DNA of 64,000 nt from Lytechinus pictus (GCF_037042905.1 NC_087250.1:12774001-12838000), one strand, 5' to 3'; positions 51,301 to 63,732 are shown, counted from the first letter of the stretch. The notes: generated by a model from the letters alone, not told the origin. A program made the numbers and translations.

Positions 51301-54300
51301 CAACATTTAATTTGTGGTTAGGAGACATACCATAAACATGGTGCAGTTTCTACTGCATGATTTATTGATGTTCATTATACTATTAAGGTACTTAAATATT
51401 AGTCACATCCACATGTGGGATTTTGTAGTGGGGTTTGAAAGCTGTCATATTAACGTGTACTACCTTTTATTGATGTACCTTAGGCTAACATCATTTGTCT
51501 AGTTTTATTCCATTGTTTGTTTTATTCTTTGCCAGATAGGCCTGTGTTGCTTGCTGCAATAACCCTCACCATGTTATTGCTCCAAGTTGGCACCAAGTTT
51601 CCTCCAAGCTGCCTCTCTCCTACCACTCCGCTCTCCTCACAACCATTCTATCAACTTTATCGGCACCGTTTCCATAGGATTCGTGTCGGATTGGGCCAAC
51701 AAATGTATTTCAAATACAACAATCGGTGTTCTGCAATTTCCATCAGATTATACGTCTTTGAAACGCGGAAAGACGTTCTTGGGGCCACAAGGGACCACTT
51801 TATTTGTGCTAAACCATAAACTCCATCACTATGTCATCTAAATCAAAAATATTCAAAGCAGAAGGAAATGTGCTGCTATTTGAGTTTGATATACGTATAT
51901 AGCTTTAGCGTAGGAGAGATGCAGACTTTTGTTTATTTTCACCTTAGTTTTCTCCTACTAATACAGAGGTGAAAAAATGATTGATTATAGTCCTATGGAT
52001 GTGGATTGATTAAGAGATGGTGGTTTACTAGAAATACAAGAGCACATTTCCTTAACATGGTCCCTTGTGTTTTTGTGTCTTTGGCATTTAGCCATTGTAG
52101 CCATTGCCCGTTGAGCTCGGAAGATCAGGGCGCTGTTCGTGGCGATGAGGAGAGACAGAGAGGAGAGAGGTCAGCCAGGAGAAACGGGGAGGTTGTTGAG
52201 GGGTCCGATATGGACTTAGCTAGCGACGTGGACCAAGACCCATGGCCAGAGCCTGGTCTTCCCCCTTGGGTCCCAACCAAAGAAGACCTAGAGATTGAGA
52301 AAAGACTCTGGTGCTGGATGACCCCGGACCAGTTACCCGATCGTCCAGACCTCGTTGAAGAGCTGGGGACCGCTATCGGGTCCTGGTTCCGTGCCGATCC
52401 CTCAAACATGTACGAAGATGCTCTTGAATTTGCAGAGTATTGGGTCAGGCATGAAATGGGAAAGGTGGAGGCCCAGAAAGAAGCCCTGGGGGACTCCATC
52501 GAACCCGGTCTTGGCGCTTGGGTTCCAGTTCAGGAACCTGCTCTGGAAGACATTGTAGACATTGATCCCAAAGTAATAGACCCAGACAGACCTGGTCCGG
52601 GGTATTATTTCTATACTACTCCTGGGCCCGAGGAAACGGTTCTTCGTTGGGCCTATTTACCAAAGAGCGCCCTCCTCCATGCGCCTGATGTACCTTCCTT
52701 AACTCATAATCTACGTGATTTCCCGTGCAAGTACTTCCATTCAGGATCAGAATGCTACCAAGGCGAGAAGTGCCGCTTCTCCCACGAACAATTGAATCCA
52801 CATACCAAGATGCTTCTGGAGAAGGTATGTAGGAGTTTCGCAAAGGCCTGAATTCACAAAGTTGTTTTTGAAAACCATCGGTAGACTTTATGGTTTGTGC
52901 ATATTTCATCTATAAATTACTGTTATAATTTACTGTGTATATTGACAATAGGTGCTATTGTTACAGTGCCCCCAATGAATGCCTGTTGCCATGGTTAAGC
53001 ATGCCATTTTATTCACGGGTCCACTGTTTTGAAGAGAAGACTCATTAATTCAAATGGACATTTTTCAATATGCATGGTAAATTAAGTGTAATTTATGCAT
53101 GAAATCTGCGCAAACCATGGGTTCAACTGATTGTTTTCAAAACAACCTTTGTGGATTTGGCCCTAATTGTTTTGTGATGATATTCTGTCTTGTTTATCAC
53201 TTCTACAGTCAAAGTCAGCATTCTTTCACAGTACAGTACTTGACATTCAGAGCTAGAGAAATTGGGTCACTAGACCATATCTTATGTGATTGCAGTCAAG
53301 TTTTAAGTTGTGTGTAAACTACTGTCAAAGAAAGCAGACTAGGGGGGCGTTTCATAAAACTGTTCGTAAGTTAAGAGTGACTTTGAGAACGCCTGGTGAT
53401 CCTTTTTTGTGGTAAATGATATTCACCATTAAATGTTCATTGGAGATTATGTAGCACGTAAGAAAGGTCCACCAGTCGCTCTTAACTTATGACCGATGAT
53501 ATTGGAAATTTGTTACAATGAATCTGTAATAGTCAAGATTTGATAAATCACCTGTCAGAAAGAATGAATTATTGAAGCTTTAAAACCGAGACATCCCAGT
53601 CCTACTCGCGAGAGTCCGACTCACAGCGAAAAGGGTTGTAAGATTGTCAAATGGTAACCCATATTGATAATGATGATGATAACATTCAGTTCTTTTATAA
53701 GGCATAACACATAGCTAAGTGTGTCCCCGTACACTTACATAAAATAAAAGAATTAAGTACAAATAAAGAGATGACATTAGAAAGTAAGTAAATAGTGTTG
53801 GGCAGCGAGTTCATTCCATATAGAGACAAATACTTTATTTAGCAAATTCTTCGATTAATGTATCATATTTTTTTCATCCATATTTTTTCCTTCATTTTTT
53901 CATTCCAGTCCCTATCCTCGTTCGATGAGTTTCAAGAAGGTCCCCCACGCTCCCCGTCTAAGACCAAAGGTCTTCTCCCCACCCCTGGGGATACAAGTCA
54001 CATACCATCTTTGCTTGACATTGATGTTCGGCCTCCACAGTTAGAGGAGCCACCTGGACCGTGAGTATCAAAATCATTGTGTAGCTGAGTAATTCCATCA
54101 GGGCCCCGTCTTACAAAGAGTTGCCATCGATATAATCAACCTCAACTATATGAAATCCATCACTGTCATAATTTTTTCTCGTAGGAAATTTGCACAATGT
54201 CCTTTAAAAAGGGGAACACACCATGTAATATATATACATTAGTTTCTATGTTGTGCTCATTTGACAAACAACAGTCAGATAATCTGTTTTGGGGGACAGG

Positions 54301-57300
54301 TGATATTAAAGAAATCACCTTTTTTTCTTCTTCTTTTCTTCCCTCGGATGTCAATTATTGAGCATTTTCTCTGTAGTACTCAATTAATGACAGGAGGTGG
54401 GTATTTCATAAAGCTGTTCGTAAGATACATATGACTTCACGCACGACTGGTGATCCTTTCTTGCGATAAATGATATCCCTGTATAATTGATATATGACCT
54501 AAGAACATGTTCCATTCGTGCGTAAAGTTGTGCGTAAATTTACAAACAGCTTTATGAACCCCCCCCCCCCTGGATTATTCTCAATATGTACCTGTACTCC
54601 CAGCATTTGTAACTTGATATTTTTCTTTCCTTTGTTTAATGAAGGATGTCCTTTTACGGCGCTGAAAATCCTGAGTACGCCGAGCCCCATCAGCAGGGAC
54701 CTGATCAAAGGGACTACCAAGGACAGTTCCAAGACCAGCAAGGAGGACCTGGTCCATACCCAGACCAATATCAGCAGCAACAGCCGTATCCGCAAGACCA
54801 GGACCAATACCAGGACCCGTATGAGATGGTCAATCAGTTTGTGTCTCTGGCCCGATCGAACCACGATCAAGCGCAGAATCGGGATTCCACTCGTCAGTGT
54901 CAAGACCAGCAGGACATGGATTCAAACAGAGGGCAGGAGACCACGCCCTTACCAAGCTCTCAAAGTGAGGACAACTCAGCTAGTTCGGACAAAGGTCAGT
55001 CACCAGTGCCTTGATATGTAATACCCACAAATACCCAGTAAAAATGCTGTTTAAGATTTTTATACAACACTGTTTATTTTCTAACTGTAGTTGTTTAAGC
55101 AGTTTAAAGAAGTGTTTAAAGTCTTAATCAAATTTTATTGTTTTATATTCTCAGAAAATTAAGCATGATTGTTTAAAGTTAGGTTCATATAGTAAAGAGC
55201 GTTGTATGAAATTTCAAACAGCGTCTTTACTGTGTACTTTTAGGCCAAGTAAACACGCTTTCTGAAAGATAACAAAGACAGTGTTCCATCATGTCGTTAA
55301 AAATAGGTGAACAGATTTCCATAGGCCCAATGTGGTTTATGCAAAACAAGACTGATCTGGAGTATGGGGTGAAAATTGCATGTTGTATCACTTTCAAGGT
55401 TCTTCCCTTCTATGGAGTCATAACAATCCAACCCTGATATGGCCTTTGGCCTATTATAAGATACAACTAATTGTACAATTAAAGCATCAAAGGCCAACTT
55501 TTTAGAAGAGGTAAAACCATTGTAAATATCTGTCATAGAGTGCTGTTCCTGTAAGCAATCGACTATGAATATTAAGTATGACTAATTATGTCTTTCAAAA
55601 TTATTCTTCCTCTGCAGAAATTTCTTCAAGTGACTTCCATCCACGTGAAAGAAAGACCCGGCTTCCATCCCCTCCAACAGACAACAGTACTAAATCCCCT
55701 CCCCGAGAAGAAATGGAACAGTCCGGACAGCCAGACACCTCTGCCCCTGCGTCGTCCAGCGCTTCCAGGCCCGTCCAGGGTGAACTGTCCCCCGAGCCGT
55801 CGCCTCCGCAAGGTTCTCCTGCAGGCGAGAAGCCAGAGAAACAGTCCATCCCGGCCTCCATCCCGGCGAAGCAGAAAGCCCTCTTCATGAGGATACAACA
55901 GAAGCAGCATGATGGGAAGGCAGGAAGTGATGTCAATTCAGAGTCAGATGACAATAGCAAGCGTAAGTCATGTGAGTATGAATTACAGTTCACTTTGTTC
56001 ATTAATTGAATAATCGAAGTTGAGACAATACTACATACCAGATTATATAACACCTAGATAGATCCTTGTGATTTGATTGGTTGTTTGAGATCGTTCATTC
56101 TGCCCATTTTGCAATGACGTCATCAACCGTGTAATTTTTTATCCATTCATCGTGCAATTTTGGATCCATACGATTTTGTCCATTGCACGCGCGCACCGAG
56201 ACTGCAGCTACAGGCACCAGCAGTGCGCATGTTGTAATGACGTAACAATCAACAGACCAAACTCGCACTGCTTGAGCATGTTTTGCATCGAAATTCATAA
56301 ATTTCATATGGAAAAAAAAAATCAATTTTTAGGTGTCATATAAACCAAATAATGAATGTTTCTTCATTCGTGCAATGGACAGAATACTTAATTTGGTGAA
56401 AGATGAAATAATGATCCATTCAACTCGGTTAGCCTCGTTGAATGGATCATTTCATCTTTCACCTCATGAAGTATTCTGTCCATTGCACTCATAAACATTC
56501 ATTATTTGTATATTATGCAAAATCGCATTGTAAATTTAATTTGCCTCTTCCAAAATACACTCAGCCAAGGTCTTACAAATTTATCTTGTCCTAAGAGATT
56601 AGACTTCAGCAGAATGTCCTGTGCAAGATGACAAAGTGTTCTGAGCTCACATTATTAAACTTAAGCAGTGTGCAGATATATATTTTTTAGCTAAAGGGAG
56701 AAAGATATTTTCAATAATTAATTTCCTGTGCAGAGTAGGAATTATTCAACCCACAAGGGGAGAAATACCATTCCCTATATACCTTCAATAATGTCATAAA
56801 CTTTCAATGTCCATTCATTTGTTTTACTTGCAGCTCAAGACGAGGCCCTCTGGTATTCAAGTGATGAAGAGGAACGAGCTAAGAAGAAAAGCACCTCTGC
56901 CAAGAAGATGAACGAGCCAGTCATAATCCCTAAGGATTCTGCAGAAAAAACGTCAGATCCAGGACTTCCTGCTGGCACTGGTATGAGCTCTGATGCTGTC
57001 AAGAAACTGACTGCCATCCAAATCCCAAGTGCTCTCGCCAATCTCTTCGCTGGAAAGACCACGCCCACAACCCCGTCGAGTTCTGGTAACCAGGTGACTT
57101 TTAATCTTCTTGATTTTGTCAAGAAGGGACCTGCAGCATCCAAACCCGCCCCTCTGACTCCTACTTCACCTCAGACAGAAATCTTGGACTCTCCTATGTC
57201 ACCGATCAATGAGGAGTTTAGGTTGATTGAATGTATTCGTGAACCAGGTAGACCAGACCCTCGTTCAGGGAGGGAGAAAAGGGACAAGTCTGATATGCGT

Positions 57301-58977
57301 TTTAGAGTTTTGCATTGGAAAGACAATAAATATTCCATCAATGACCCGGACGATAGGCCGTCGCTGCAACCGATTGAGTTAACAACACCAACTGAGCTTA
57401 AAAGTCAGCCCAACTTTCCAAAGACGACTCTCTCTCAATTCATGCCTGGAAATCAAATGGCCCAACCCAGCATGACGGTGCCGCCAAGTCAAGGTCCTCT
57501 TGACCCGAGAATGAAGAGAGATCCCCGGCTTGCAAGAATGCAAGGCCCTGAGGAAGCCGCAGGTCCAAAGGATCCACGTATGAATAGAGACCCCAGGTCA
57601 ATGGCTTTAAACGTGCCAAATATGCCGGACATGGGAATTAATAACATGCCCCCTCCCCTTCTGCCAATGCCTGATGAAAGAATGAGACACATGGGACCTG
57701 GACCTAGACCTTCACCTCAAGATGGACTTTTACCCATGCCACCTGGGGGCCCGAGACCACCACTTGGACCACTGCCTCCGTTTATGCCAGGTCCAGGTCC
57801 TAGGGGTATGTTGCCGCCATTCGGTGGACCACTTCCACCTTTGGGTAGGTTTCCTCAAGATATGCCTCCCCCAGACATGAACATGCCACCTAGGGGTCCA
57901 CCTTTCCAGGGACCTGGTCCAAGAATGGGTCCTGGACCTGGGCATGGTCAACATCCTCCATTTATTAGGACTCCATTAATCAGACAGATGTCCGATGGAT
58001 CGGGTCATGTCTCAGGCCCTCCCAATTTTCAGGGTGGACCAGGCCCAGGAGATCTGCCAATGAACAGATTTAGAGGACCTTCGCCAAACGATCCGAGGGG
58101 TAATGTCAATGACCCAAGGAACATTAATCCTAGACAAGCAGCTCCAGATCCGAGACAGGCAGTGCAGGATCCAAGACAGGCAGCACAGGACCCCAGAAGT
58201 CAAAGACAGATAGCACAGGATCCTCGAGATCCAAGACAGATGGCACAAGATCCGAGAGGTCAGAACCAGACACTACAAGATCCTCGAGATCCTAGACAGA
58301 CAGCGCAAGGTCCCAGAGATCCGAGACAGATGGCGCAGGATCCCAGAGACCCACGGCAAGGTCTTCAAGAATCGAGAGATCCTAGGCTTGCACAGACGGA
58401 CTCTCGAGATCCCAGGAAAGGTCCTCCTGCAGAGAGCCGTGATCCTCGACTTATGAGGCAAATGAGCAGTAACAAGCCCGGAGGTGGTAGTCCTTCTCAG
58501 TCAGACAACTTGCCAGCTCAAGATATAGATGAAAGGTTGAACATTCCCAAACTTCAGGATGTTGATCTTCGCAGGCAGGTTCCCGACCGTAAAGCCAAAT
58601 TGCAAGGATTCTCTATCCCAAAGTTGCCGAAGCGATCCGACGTAGCTGAAGCTGACACGACTAGTGGGGATCCTGATAATTTGGGTGGCAGCGGTGGGAT
58701 TAGTCACAGGAAGGTACCCAGTGCGCACCACGGCCTTCCACAGGGTCTGGCATCGTTTGATGTCGGTGGTAAGACCAGGACTAATTTCCCCAGCGGGGAT
58801 CCAAGGACTAAAAGCGGGAGGGATTCTCCTCAAATGACCCTCCAGATTCAGATCCCTGGTAACGGCGAAGGCGATGGTGACATGGCTGCGGCAATCGCTC
58901 AACTAGCTGAGGAACCTGATATCCAACTAAAGGACATGTTCAAGACCCAGGATCCTACAGCATCGCCATTCTGTTGA
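38948..58977 (+). CDS. ZC3H4: Zinc finger CCCH domain-containing protein 4/6-like (Restrictor/Su(s) family), 12 coding exons, ~1430 aa
   Basis: Exons 38948-39030, 46818-46996, 47770-47993, 48240-48547, 49325-49436, 50055-50228, 50894-51005, 52715-52824, 53909-54060, 54645-54994, 55618-55962 (or 55971), 56834-58977; phases consistent. Motifs: EDGEILEDGEL, three CCCH fingers (ICKFYLEGRC, LCKFYVSGFC, FPCKYFHSG), WYSSDEE, DPR repeats, C-terminal LKDMFKTQDPTASPFC. Exon 1 is the least certain. Confidence 0.92.
41432..42016. mobile_element. TTAA-targeting MITE (Kolobok-like)
   Basis: TTAA|AGGACAAGTCCACCCC ... GGGGTGGACTTGACCT|TCAA; internal inverted arms like 18195-18767. Confidence 0.85.
44623..44768. 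mobile_element. Short GC-rich MITE
   Basis: TIR CAGGGGCCGCGGAA; flanked by direct repeat GATAG. Confidence 0.8.
45376..45767. mobile_element. TTAA-flanked MITE (Kolobok-like)
   Basis: TTAA on both sides; homologous to 20600-21312 and 30296-30653. Confidence 0.75.
46143..46495. mobile_element. hAT-like MITE
   Basis: caggggcggatacagg ... cctggatccgccagtg; degenerate 8-bp flanks ttcaaaat/ctcagaat. Confidence 0.75.
46615..46812. repeat. (ATT/ATC)n microsatellite abutting ZC3H exon 2 acceptor
   Basis: Seen directly. Confidence 0.9.
47010..47365. repeat. Interspersed repeat with TAGAC/GTCTA internal periodicity; partial copy at ~22305-22400
   Basis: Shared ttattagac.aaatggtgagtg...caattagaccatgtggat..gagttggcaattggac. 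Confidence 0.7.
51006..52714 (+). other. U12-type AT-AC intron between zinc fingers 2 and 3 of the ZC3H gene
   Basis: Donor ATATCCTTT at 51006, branch TTCCTTAAC at 52695-52703, AC at 52713-52714; the join gives CLYMH-G-DFPCKYFH, the expected finger linker. Confidence 0.95.
52092..52714 (+). CDS. Candidate alternative coding extension hidden in the U12 intron (about 207 codons, unknown domain)
   Basis: Stop-free from 52006 into exon 8 in the ZC3H frame; GC-rich and protein-like; upstream branch (52048), pyrimidine tract and AG acceptors (52091, 52100). Confidence 0.55.
52845..53163. mobile_element. MITE (GGCC..ATTCACAAAG termini, Harbinger-like); related sequence at ~15800-16155
   Basis: ggcctgaattcacaaagttgtttttgaaaacc ... 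ttttcaaaacaacctttgtggatttggcc. Confidence 0.7.
56050..56512. mobile_element. Interspersed repeat, copy of 19945-20385, with intact 3' hairpin
   Basis: gtgaaagatgaaat..atgatccattcaac..gttgaatggatcatttcatctttcac foldback. Confidence 0.8.
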
Positions 58978-59739
58978 TAACCCCATGAAATCCATGCCAC
59001 TTTTGTGAGTAGCTGCCATTTAAAACGAGTACTTATAGATTTAGCACCAGTGATCCATGCATCATTTATCAGTTTCTTGAAACTTATTATTTTGTATTTT
59101 TTCTACTGCTATAAGCCACTGACAGCATGGTACTTGATTGGCTGATAACAATGTTGTCATTAATTTTAAGCATTTGTTATTGATAGCAAGTTTCATGAAA
59201 CTAGCTGTTGGTTACAGGGTTGTTCCACCTGGATGATTTAGCCAGTGTTTGCACTTTGCAGGCATTATTATGGCAAGCTGTTTTATCAATTAATCTTATT
59301 TCAAGAATTAAATTCTTGTTATCAAGTGGCTTGCAATACATATGTCATACACTGACTAAATCACTCGGGTGGAACAGCCCCCTCAATACATGTATATGAG
59401 AGAATGTTAATTTTGAAATTCTTTGAAGATATGAGTCAGTTTTGTTTCTGTATCATCATGAAGATAATTGTCTTGTTATTTTTTGTTCATTCAAATGGTA
59501 CGTCCAAATTTTATTAACATAGAAGAATGTATTGCACCATGGCCAACTGAGATGTGAGAGTTCAAATGGTATTTATATTTGGTTATTTTGTTCTGTGAAC
59601 ATTAAAAGCTGAATACAAATTTATAACAAAGACTGAGTAACAGAATGCCCTCCAATTTTGCACAATTTAACATCTATAGCTATATTCAGTATGAGGGTAT
59701 GGATCTACTCATAATAACTTTATTGTTTAGGGTAATTTT

Positions 59740-60045
59740 TCATTTATTTTTGTAGTTTTTCTTTTATTCCATCTTTCTTCAAGTCAATATTTCCTATCTC
59801 ATTTCTACTCTTTGCCGTTCTGCCTCCTTTTTTTTGTCTTCTTCCTCCCCCTCTTCTTCCTCTGACTTCTCCTCTGCCTATTTCTTATTTTTCCTCTTTT
59901 TTCCATCTTCTGCTTTTCCATCTTCTCATTTTCCAGCTTTTTATTTTCCATCTTTACCATTTTCCTTTTCCTTCCTCGTCTAAGTATTCCTCTTATTCTC
60001 CTTCATTTATCTTTTTTCTTTTACTCTTGATTTATTCTTCCTCTA
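59740..60045. repeat. Pyrimidine-rich low-complexity tract downstream of ZC3H stop
   Basis: Seen directly. Confidence 0.8.
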
Positions 60046-60372
60046 GAAAATTGAGAGTTGTAAAATTTGATAAACTTCTCTATTTACTTTTTATGGCGAT
60101 TCTCAAATTGGCAATATTGCTTTAGAATGACGGACGTATTCGTACAAACTTCTGTTTTCTGCCCCATTGGCACATGAATTATTTTTCAAGATTGTATTAG
60201 ACTGTAATTTCTCATTGACTCATGTATGATTTATAAAAATTGAATTTCCTATGATGTATCTGAGGTGAGAATAGCATAAAATGTGACCTGCCACACCAAA
60301 CCAACAAGTCAGCCGAAATGATTTTATTATTTATTTCTTTTTAGCTTGAAAATGCACATCCTAAGCTGTTAA

Positions 60373-60749
60373 AGGTATTGTTTAACTTTGTGAGCAGCCG
60401 ATTTAAAAAATTCTCAAACCAAGATGAAACATGTGTACAAGTGCATGTATTAGAACTAATAAACCCTGAAAACGACCATTATTGAGAATGAAAAGCTAAA
60501 ACTACAAGGCAAACCCCGAGTTTGTAAATAGGCGTCTTATAGACGCCTAAATAGTACACATAAGTGTAAGGGGTGAAATTAAGATGGTGTTTTCGGTCAC
60601 TTTATATTTCAATTTTGAAGCACTAAATACTTAATTTCGAACGCAATTTTTTTTGGGCTTCATTTTTGTAACATATCACAGACACAGGTGACAAGTGTGA
60701 CCTTCTAGCTCAGATTTTTTAAAAGTCAAACCAATGTTAACCAATCACT
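60373..60749. mobile_element. TTAA-flanked MITE (Kolobok-like)
   Basis: TTAA|AGGTATTGTTTAAC ... GTTAACCAATCACT|TTAA. Confidence 0.7.
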
Positions 60750-62159
60750 TTAAGTAATAAGTAGCTTGTCAAAATTAGACACCAATAACCTTAACAACTT
60801 CAAGTTTGACGGTATGATGAGGAAAACTTTTTTTTTTCATATAGGCAAATTAAATTTTGAATACCAAATGATTATTTTGTCTATTTACAAAGAACCTTCC
60901 CTGGCGACATTTTGTTGGTTTGGGGTGCACTTTAAGAGGTGATGCTGAAAATATTAAAATTTAGGAACTCAAAGCATTTGAATATCACTGAAAAATCAGT
61001 GAAGTCTACATAAATCAAACTTCCCTATTAAATTTGAAGCAATTTTTATGACCATGATGGTGTTTCACAATGATTAAGATGTGATTTACACAATAAAAAC
61101 ACTGCAAAATTTTGTACAACTATGCTTACTGTATGAACCTTACCATGGTTGTTTAAACAGTTTAAACATGTGTTTAAAATCTTAAACCACAAAGCTTAAT
61201 TTTCAATAAATTTGGCATGGTTGTTTAAACTGTTAAACAACTACTTTAAGTTTCATATAGCATTGTATAAATTTTAAACAGCGTTTTTATTGTGTAAAAA
61301 ATGGCCCTCTAACTCCCAGCTGGGTGCATCATCACATCACAGTATTTGGTGGTATCATAGTTGGGCGATGTACCTACTGATTAATTTATAGATGAGAGTA
61401 CTTTTTAAGTTTATGTTAGAATTTAAGAATTTTGATCTTTCATGAAGTTATTTCTTTGCTATGCTATGTCTTGTTTTTTTTTCAGTCATTTTAATTGCAC
61501 TCAGGAACTTCATGTATATTTATAGATTTGCTTAAAGCCTGTCTTCAGCTTCACTAAATCCCCAAAATGTGCGTGTAACTATTACAAGTCATCACTTGAT
61601 TTTATGACTCGGTGTGCCCTAAAACAGTTATGATGCGAAGAATATGAGACGAGAATGTGTTTTACCAGATAGGTTTTGTGATTTTACATAAAAACGTATT
61701 TTGAACAGGTGCCCGATCGATATTCAAAATCATGTACTCGGCTGAACATTTCAGGATATATTTTTGACAGTAACTTCTTAATATCTAATCCTTTAATTTG
61801 TAAGATAAATGCGTATAGGGCCCATTTTAAGGAAAACACAATTTTGTCGATAGAGGGCACTAGATATGTTTGATTTGAATATGTCCATTTTCACATAGAA
61901 TTTGCAGTTTAAAAAATATCAAATGGCTACAATCCAGTCTTTAAGATTGTAATGTGTGTTGATAGTATAATTCACATTACTGACTGTTTATCAAACTAAA
62001 GTCAGGCTTTCATTGGTTGGGCGTGTACTGTTATGCTCAAAACACACTGTACCAAAGTGACAACATTTTGAAGTTTTGCCAATTTTTGATAATATGATGC
62101 AGAGCCCTGAAAATCATACAACTATATCAGAATCATTAAATTGGCAACTATATCTAAAT

Positions 62160-62740
62160 CATTAAATTGGCAATGAGTGGAACCAGAAAATCATTGCTTT
62201 ATCATGAGAATTTTGATATTTTCTTTTAATGGCAATTTACTTAAAATCTAATGTTTCCCTTTTCAATAGACTCTGTTTATTTGACTGTTTTTGAGACCAA
62301 GACCTGCTGAAAATAGTTGCGACACTGTTCTTGAAAGAAATGAATGGAATAAATCAATAAATCGTCAAATTGGCAATGCAGTGGAACCACAAAATCCTTG
62401 TTTTATCATGAAAATTTTGATATTTTCTTTTAAATCCAAAGCACTTGAAATTCAATGTTTCCCTTTTCAATAGACTTTTTGATTTGACTGTTTATGAGAC
62501 CAAGACCTGCTGAAAATATTTGTGACACTGTTCTTGAAAGAAATGAATGGAATAAATCACTAAATCGTTATATTGGCAATACAGTGGACTGGAACCACTA
62601 AATCCTTGTTTTATCATGAACATTTTGATATTTTCTTTTAAATGGCAAAGTACTTAAAATCCAATGTTTCCCATTTCAATAGACTTGTTGATTTGACTGA
62701 TTGTTATGAGAATAAGACCTGCGAAATATGGTATTGACAA
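62160..62740. repeat. Tandem repeat, ~205-bp unit, ~2.8 copies
   Basis: Unit attggcaat..gtggaacca...tttatcatga..attttgatattttctttta...caatagact...aagacctgc recurs at ~62167, ~62369, ~62572. Confidence 0.9.
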
Positions 62741-63144
62741 TGTTCCTGACCCCCCCCCCCCCCTCAATCTTTTGTTTCAATTGTAAGTATGGATGTATAT
62801 AATTCAGAATCAGATATTTGTATAGTGTATAAAAAAATGCCAGCAGGTATTTTGTCACTTAACACCTAATAACGCATTTATGTGAGTGAGTGGTGAAAAG
62901 AAAAATATGCAGATTTCCTCTATGGATGTTGTATTTTGTACCCCTGTCTTGAAAGTGGTTGCTTCCGTATTATGCTGTACTGATATTAGGTACATTGGAC
63001 TGTACCATTTGTTGATAGGGTTATGAGAGATGTTATTTGCTTTTGTTATTGCTTTATGAATAAAATACTATTGAACTTGCCAAAATAATACTTCAGGTTA
63101 AGGCTCCCTTTTTTTTTGCTTGTATTTACAAGATTTTGCATTAA

Positions 63145-63732
63145 AGGGATGCTCTGTGCTGAGAAATTTCATATCTGAATAAATAGAGTAAAATTCACAG
63201 AACAAAATGCTGAAAATTTCATCAAAATCGGATAACAAATAACATAAGTTATTTAATTTTAAGGTGGAGTAATATCTTGTGAAAACAGTTATATGCACAT
63301 CGTCATGAATATGATGATTAGGTGGGCTGATGTAACATCCCCACATTATTTTTCTTGTGTCATTACATGACATCATAATTGTTTCATTTTTTTAACATAT
63401 GTGTAAATGATGTGTCTCTATTACGATGAAATAAGTTGCAGCAAGAAATAACTAATGCACCAAATCAGTTGTCAATCCAATTGTTTTAGTTCTTGGTAGA
63501 AAATTTTGGAATAAACCTATACAAAAGAACAAGTGGGGATATGACATCATCAGCCCACCTAATGAATATTCATGAAGACATAACTAGAACTTTTTCACTG
63601 AAATAATACAAATCTTTGAAATTCAATAACTTTGTTATTTGTTATCCGAGTTTGATCAAATTTTCAGCATTTTGCTCTGTGAATTTTACTCTATTTATTG
63701 AAGTATAAATATCTTCAGCCTGGAGCATCCCT
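63145..63732. mobile_element. TTAA-targeting MITE (Kolobok-like), same family as 18195-18767
   Basis: TTAA|AGGGATGCTC ... GAGCATCCCT|TTAA. Confidence 0.85.

Noticed and set aside
55601..58902. Antisense and alternative-frame ORFs over ZC3H exons (and similar ones over SPT5 exons)
   Set aside because: Shadow ORFs of GC-rich coding exons with no recognisable motifs.
62160..62740. Regularly spaced repeats as a repeat-spacer array
   Set aside because: Whole ~205-bp units are homologous; ordinary tandem repeat.
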